Position numbers and translations under genes: made by a program. Shown here piece by piece: positions 59,203-64,000 of a stretch of DNA of 64,000 nucleotides. The notes under the pieces were generated by a model. That model saw only the letters and a program-made list of their open reading frames with translations. It did no database searches and was not told the DNA's origin. Location of the stretch: assembly GCA_016220005.1 (NCBI GenBank), contig JACRIV010000014.1:695-64694 (forward strand), given 5' to 3'. The DNA comes from Deltaproteobacteria bacterium. GTDB taxonomy: Bacteria; Desulfobacterota; Deferrimicrobia; Deferrimicrobiales; Deferrimicrobiaceae. Position 1 is the stretch's first letter. Every line of letters starts with the position of its first letter.

Positions 59203-60182
59203 GGCACAGCGTGAGAGCGGCGGCAGGTCTCTTTGCAGGGACGGCGTGTTTCCTTTTCCTTTCTTCCTGCGGATCCGCAACGCGGAGCGCGGGAATGAAA
59301 GCTCCCGATGCAGGTCTTCACACGGTGTTTCCGGGGACGCCGCCGAGCAGGGAGGCGCAGGCGGCGATCGAGGAGGCAAAGTCGGGGGACCCGGCGAAGA
59401 TCCGGGCCCTTCTGCCCTACTTCCTCACGGAGGACAATGAGCGGCTCGTCCGGTTCGTGGTGACCCTGAAGGGAAAAGCGGTCCCTCCGCTGCTCGAGGC
59501 GCTGGACGACCCCGAACCCTGGAAGGCGGAGCTGGCCGCGGGATTGCTGGGGGAGCTCCGGGCCAGGGAGGCGGTCCCGAAGCTCACGACGTTCCTTCAG
59601 AGCGGCAGGCCGCGACGATACGTGGCGGCTTGGGCGTTGGGCGAAATCAAAGATCCCGCCTCCATCCCCGTGCTGATCGCTTCCTTGTCGGACAGGACCG
59701 AAGGAGTGGTAAAGGCGTCGACGCGGGCCCTGATCAACATCGGGAGGAAAGGAACCGCACCGCTGATCGCCGCCCTGCCGTCTTCGTCCGGACGTCCCCG
59801 GAAGGCGATGCTGCGCGCGCTGGAGGATATCGAGGACACCCGCGCCGAGGGCGTCATCCTGGAGGTGCTGAACGCCGAAAAGGACCCGGTCATCCAGGCC
59901 GCCGCGGCGCGCGCCCTGGGCAAGTGCGGAACGGCGAAATCCTTCGCCCCCCTGGAGCGCTGGCTGGAGGAGGGCGATGTCATGGTGCGGGTGGAGTGCG
60001 CCTGGTCGCTGGGGATTCTCGTGGCCAGGCCCGCCGAGCCCGCACTGCGCAGGACGCTGGAGTATTCGGACGTGAACGTAAGGGAATGGTCGGCGCGGGC
60101 GCTCGAGAACATCACCGGGAACCGTGTTTTCTACCGCGACGCCTCGGGGAAGATGATCCTTCCCTACAACCTGTACCGGTAG
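59199..60182 (+). CDS. HEAT/PBS-lyase-like repeat lipoprotein
   Basis: Lipobox LSSCGS. Repeated (V)R..AA.ALG.IGD...P.L HEAT-like units. ATGA overlap with the upstream stop. Confidence 0.5.
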   Translation: MRHSVRAAAGLFAGTACFLFLSSCGSATRSAGMKAPDAGLHTVFPGTPPSREAQAAIEEAKSGDPAKIRALLPYFLTEDNERLVRFVVTLKGKAVPPLLEALDDPEPWKAELAAGLLGELRAREAVPKLTTFLQSGRPRRYVAAWALGEIKDPASIPVLIASLSDRTEGVVKASTRALINIGRKGTAPLIAALPSSSGRPRKAMLRALEDIEDTRAEGVILEVLNAEKDPVIQAAAARALGKCGTAKSFAPLERWLEEGDVMVRVECAWSLGILVARPAEPALRRTLEYSDVNVREWSARALENITGNRVFYRDASGKMILPYNLYR

Positions 60183-60191
60183 GGGACCGCG

Positions 60192-61157
60192 TTGCAGAAC
60201 GACCTTCGGATTATCGCGTCGCTCTTTCTCGATCAGGCGAAGGCCCTGTGGCCTTTTTACCTGGCCGGGATCGTGTTTGCGGCCGTCATCAAGACGCTCA
60301 TGTGGGACCGGCGCATCCGCGCCTCGCTGGTCCATCACGAGAGGGCATCGATCTTCGTGGCCACCTGCGCCGGTCTTGTGTCCCCCCTTTGCTCCTGCGG
60401 GATCCTGCCGGTGGTGATCGCGCTGTCCGCGGCGGGGGTCCCGCTTCCTCCCGTGCTGGCGCTGCTCATTACCTCCCCGCTGATGGGGCCGGACGCCTTC
60501 CTGATCACCGTCGGGCAGCTCGGCTGGACCTATGCGTTGTGGAAAATGGGGATCGCCGCGGTAGTGGGACTGGCAACGGGATTCGCGGCCTTGTCGCTTT
60601 CCCGGCGCGGGATTCTACGGGGCACGAGCTTCAAGGTCGAGAGGATGTACGGGGAGGGAGGCGCCGTCCGGCCGGGGTTCGAGGAGATCGTGAAGGCGGG
60701 ATGCTTCTCTCACGCCGGCGAGCCGGGCGGGGTCGTCGACCGCGAGAACCGGGGTCTTTTCTTTCTCGAGCGTCTGCGGGACATGGGGCTCCTGGTCGGG
60801 AAATTCCTCGCGGCGGCGCTGCTCCTCCAGGCCGTCATCACCTATTACGTCCCCGCCAACGCCGTCGAGCCGTTTCTCGGCAGGAAATCGGCGCTCTCCG
60901 TGCTGTTTGCGACCCTGATCGCCATCCCCCTGCCGCTGTCCCAGGTGGTGGCGCCGTCCGTCATCAAGGGGTTCCTCTCCGCCGGGATGAGCCCCGGGGC
61001 GGCGATGGCGATGTTAGTGGGAGGGCCGGTGACCAGCATCCCGGCGCTCTCGGTTCTCCTCGGCGTCTACGACCGCCGGGCGTTTGCTCTTTACCTGGGG
61101 ATCGGGGTGACAGCGGCATTCACCGCCGGAACCCTGTTCCAGTCCTTTTATGGATGA
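60192..61157 (+). CDS. DUF318/YraQ-type permease
   Basis: 8-TM protein with the conserved CSCGILPV motif typical of this family. TTG start (uncertain). Confidence 0.5.
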   Translation: MQNDLRIIASLFLDQAKALWPFYLAGIVFAAVIKTLMWDRRIRASLVHHERASIFVATCAGLVSPLCSCGILPVVIALSAAGVPLPPVLALLITSPLMGPDAFLITVGQLGWTYALWKMGIAAVVGLATGFAALSLSRRGILRGTSFKVERMYGEGGAVRPGFEEIVKAGCFSHAGEPGGVVDRENRGLFFLERLRDMGLLVGKFLAAALLLQAVITYYVPANAVEPFLGRKSALSVLFATLIAIPLPLSQVVAPSVIKGFLSAGMSPGAAMAMLVGGPVTSIPALSVLLGVYDRRAFALYLGIGVTAAFTAGTLFQSFYG

Positions 61158-61199
61158 GATTCCGGGGAAGACCCCGACAAGGGGAAGGAGGTTCTGCGG

Positions 61200-62012
61200 A
61201 TGAGAGGGCGTGCGCCGCTTCGTCCTGTTCGTTTCCTCGTTTTCATGGCAATCGCCACGGTCCTGGCTGCAGGGATAACGCTTTTTCCGGGATGTGCAAC
61301 CCCGAAGGGCGCCGGGAAGACGGATGGCGCCGTCGGATCGGCCGGAACCGCGCCCTCGAGCGGGGTGGAGGGGACCGTGTTCGTTCCTGCCGAAGGCGTC
61401 TACATCTATGTCTACAGGAAGGGGGCGGACCCTCACGGCCCTGCCGACGTGATCCTGCACGCGCCGACGCCCGCGGAGGGCAATTTCGCCATCGACCTTC
61501 CGCCGGGGGATTACGTCCTGGTGGCCCGCCGCCGCGCCAACCTGGAGAACAGCGGGCCGATGTCCGCCGGCGACTTGCGCAGCGTCCCCGTCCCCGTTCA
61601 GGTGCGCGAGGGGCGGAAGGTCTCCCTGAACCTGCTGATGAACGCCAAGGAGGACACGGAAGTCCGGTCCTTCACCACTCCCAAGGAATGGACGACCGCC
61701 GTCGCCGGGAAAGTTAGCGATCCCGACGGCAACCCCATCGAGGGGGCCCGGGTCCACGTCTACACTTATGTCCAGATGTCCGAGCGGCCCAAGTACGTGA
61801 GCGAGAGGACCGGCCCCGACGGGAAGTATCTCGTCTTCCTCCCGAAAGGGGGGACCTATTATCTCGCCGCGCGAAACCGCTTCGGAGGGCCCCCGCGGAT
61901 CGGCGACTTGTATGGCCGGTACGAGGAGGGATCGATCAACCCGACCGGCGTGGTGATCCGGGACGGCGAGAGGCGCGAGGGGATCGACATCACCGTCTTC
62001 AAGGTGTGGTAG
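61200..62012 (+). CDS. putative lipoprotein with two carboxypeptidase-regulatory-like (CarboxypepD_reg) beta-sandwich repeats
   Basis: Signal peptide with a Cys. Repeated G.V...G.P..GA.V.........T...G.Y.L.L..G.Y.L.A modules. Confidence 0.5.
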   Translation: MRGRAPLRPVRFLVFMAIATVLAAGITLFPGCATPKGAGKTDGAVGSAGTAPSSGVEGTVFVPAEGVYIYVYRKGADPHGPADVILHAPTPAEGNFAIDLPPGDYVLVARRRANLENSGPMSAGDLRSVPVPVQVREGRKVSLNLLMNAKEDTEVRSFTTPKEWTTAVAGKVSDPDGNPIEGARVHVYTYVQMSERPKYVSERTGPDGKYLVFLPKGGTYYLAARNRFGGPPRIGDLYGRYEEGSINPTGVVIRDGERREGIDITVFKVW

Positions 62013-62018
62013 CAGCGA

Positions 62019-63161
62019 TTGCCCAGGACCATTCCGCGCACGGATCGATCCGCCGGCATCCTCCTTTTCTGCTGGCTTCTTTTGGCGATGCCGGCCTGTT
62101 CCCTGAAACACCCTCCGGCCGCCGGCAACTTCCCGGAGAAATCCGGACCTGGCGAGGGAACCGGCATCGCCGTACGGGTGACGTACCGCGAAGCGCCGCA
62201 GGCCGGCGCCAGGGTGGAATGGCGGCGCCAGCCGGTGGAGGAGAAGGAGTCTCCCGCCGAGCTCGGCATGACGGATGGGGGGGGGAACGCGGCGTTCGAT
62301 CTTCCCGCCGGCCGGTATTTCCTCGTCGTTCAGTGGCGCGGCGACGGCAATTACGAACGTCCCATCGCCCGGGGGGACCGGTTCACCTATTTCGGCGGCA
62401 ACCCCGTGTACGCGGAACGGGGTTCCTTCCGTGAGTTGTTCATCGGCCTGGAGGAGTTCGTCGAAGCGGAGCCTCCGACGACCGCGCCGCAGGGTGGAAC
62501 CGGCGTTTCCGGCCGGGTGATCGCCGGCGGGGCCCCGGTTGGGAGCGCTTACGTGGGCGCCTATCTGCGGACGGATACGGCCTTCAGGGACCTGGGGTTC
62601 GCCGCTTCCGCGCCCACGGGGGAGGACGGCGGCTTCCTTCTCGATCTCCCGCCCGGAAAATATTACCTGGTCGCGAGAAAGAGGGCGGGAGGCGGGGTAG
62701 CGGGTCCGCTTCGGAAGGGAGACCGGTTCGGGTACTACGCCGCGAACCCGGTGAGCGTAACCCCCGGACACTACACTCCGGTGGTGATTTCAGCGACCTC
62801 CCTCAAACTGCGCAACGCCCCGGCCTACTCCGGGGAGTACAAGGCCGCTTCCTCGATCGAGGGGCGGATATTGGATCCGGCCGGCAAGCCGAAAAGGGGG
62901 GTGTACGCCGCGCTCTACGACAACCCCGACCTCCTGAACAGGCCGATTTTCCTCTCGGACGTGACGGGGGAAGACGGTCGGTACCGCCTCCCCGTTCCCG
63001 TCCCGGGGACCTATTATCTCGGCGCGCGCAGCGGCTACGGCGGCTCCCCGGCTCCCGGCGACCTCTACGGGCGGTATGAGGGGAACCCGGAACATGCCGT
63101 GACCATCAAGGAAAGGGACCACCTGACCGGCGTCGACATCGTTGTGAACGAGGTGTGGTAA
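62019..63161 (+). CDS. paralogous putative lipoprotein with three CarboxypepD_reg-like repeats
   Basis: TTG start. Three modules homologous to the upstream gene and the same C-terminal end (GVDI.V..VW). Confidence 0.5.
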   Translation: MPRTIPRTDRSAGILLFCWLLLAMPACSLKHPPAAGNFPEKSGPGEGTGIAVRVTYREAPQAGARVEWRRQPVEEKESPAELGMTDGGGNAAFDLPAGRYFLVVQWRGDGNYERPIARGDRFTYFGGNPVYAERGSFRELFIGLEEFVEAEPPTTAPQGGTGVSGRVIAGGAPVGSAYVGAYLRTDTAFRDLGFAASAPTGEDGGFLLDLPPGKYYLVARKRAGGGVAGPLRKGDRFGYYAANPVSVTPGHYTPVVISATSLKLRNAPAYSGEYKAASSIEGRILDPAGKPKRGVYAALYDNPDLLNRPIFLSDVTGEDGRYRLPVPVPGTYYLGARSGYGGSPAPGDLYGRYEGNPEHAVTIKERDHLTGVDIVVNEVW

Positions 63162-64000
63162 GATGCCGGTTTTCCTGGCAGCCGCCGGGACCTTGGCGTA
63201 CGAGGTCCTTCTTACACGCGTCTTCTCCGTCGTGATGTGGTACCACTTCGCCTCGCTGGCGATCGCCATCGCGATGTTCGGCCTTGCGGTGGGAGGGCTA
63301 CTTCCCTACCTGCTCCTGCGATGGCGAGGCGCCCCCGGGGGGCCTGCGGAGCTGCCTCCCTCCGCCGGGGTGTGGTTCTCCTCCGTATCGCTCCTTTTCT
63401 CCATCGCCCCGTACCTCGTGCTCCTTCTTTTGTCGCGGTACCCTCTGTGGGGGGGGAGGCTCCTGGAAGTCTTTCACCAACCGTACTTCGAGCCGTTCCG
63501 CGCCGGCGCGGGTCACTTGCCCCCCGGGGGGGATGCGCTGCAGATCGGCCTCCTGCTGCTGTTTTTCTCTCTTCCCTTCGCCGGGGCGGGGGCGGTATTC
63601 GCCGTTGCCTTCTCCGCACAAGGAAAGGAAGGGAAGACGTACCTCGCGGTGATGGGAGGTTCCGCGGCGGGGGTTGCCGCCTATCTTGCCGCGATGCGGG
63701 GCGGCTCGGGCCCCGCCGCGTTTCTCTTCCTTTCGACCCTGTTCTCCCTTTCCGCGGCGGCGTTCGCCGCCAGGAAAGGGGGCGTACCGGTTCTCGGGTG
63801 TTTTTTCATCTTTCTTTCGGCACTGCTCTTCCTCGCTGGAGTACTGGAGAGCAGGTATCGGTTTGCCGAGATCCGGTTCGTGCGCGGGCGATACGAGCCG
63901 GGGATCCTTTGGGCGCGTTGGGACGCCGTTTCCCGTGTGGCGGTCTACCCCGTCTCCGACGAGGAATCGGCCAAAGCTTGGGGGATGAGCCCGGCGTACG
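63162..64000 (+). CDS. polytopic membrane protein, 5' partial (possibly spermidine-synthase-like family N-terminal membrane domain)
   Basis: Continuous ORF from the ATG at 63162 to the window end. LAYEVLLTRVFSVVMWYHFASLAIAIAMFGLAVGG motif and several TM helices. Absent from the ORF track because it has no stop within the window. Confidence 0.4.

Overview
This is a high-GC (about 65%) bacterial chromosomal segment with a clear architecture. (1) Housekeeping genes at the 5' end: glgP (glycogen phosphorylase), an MFS/GT2/DedA operon, an NtrB/NtrC-type two-component system, then serC-serA-purA and a tRNA-Lys/tRNA-Glu pair. (2) A roughly 23 kb cytochrome island (16.8-39.7 kb). It holds seven multihaem c-type cytochromes carrying at least 59 CxxCH sites in total. 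It also holds a dedicated System II cytochrome c maturation pair (ResB/CcsA), a NapH-like membrane polyferredoxin, and a SurA-like chaperone. Six CxxC TlpA/ResA-like thioredoxins sit in or near it, together with two unusual Cys-less TlpA-fold+TPR fusion proteins. A sigma-54 two-component system is embedded in it, and its sensor kinase carries a CxxCH haem c motif in the periplasmic domain. A near-consensus sigma-54 promoter lies in front of the operon for an NHL-repeat protein and a 14-haem cytochrome. (3) A roughly 15 kb glycan locus (39.7-54.7 kb). It has a GT-C membrane glycosyltransferase, five GT2 enzymes, a DUF2304 partner protein and a Wzx flippase. An AT-rich (about 25-45% GC) three-gene insert sits inside it. 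A translationally coupled CDP-6-deoxyhexose pathway (rfbF, rfbG, a TylCIII-type C-methyltransferase, an RmlC-like epimerase and an RmlD-like reductase) predicts a C-methyl-branched 6-deoxy sugar. (4) Secreted and periplasmic proteins of unknown role (FG-GAP/ASPIC, beta-helix, HEAT, DUF318 permease, tandem CarboxypepD_reg-like lipoprotein paralogues). No transposase, integrase or CRISPR array was seen. All calls come from reading the ORF translations and motifs by eye; no searches were run, and start codons are approximate where noted. The organism resembles a Geobacter/Desulfuromonas-like metal reducer (multihaem cytochromes plus a haem-sensor kinase), but this is an inference.
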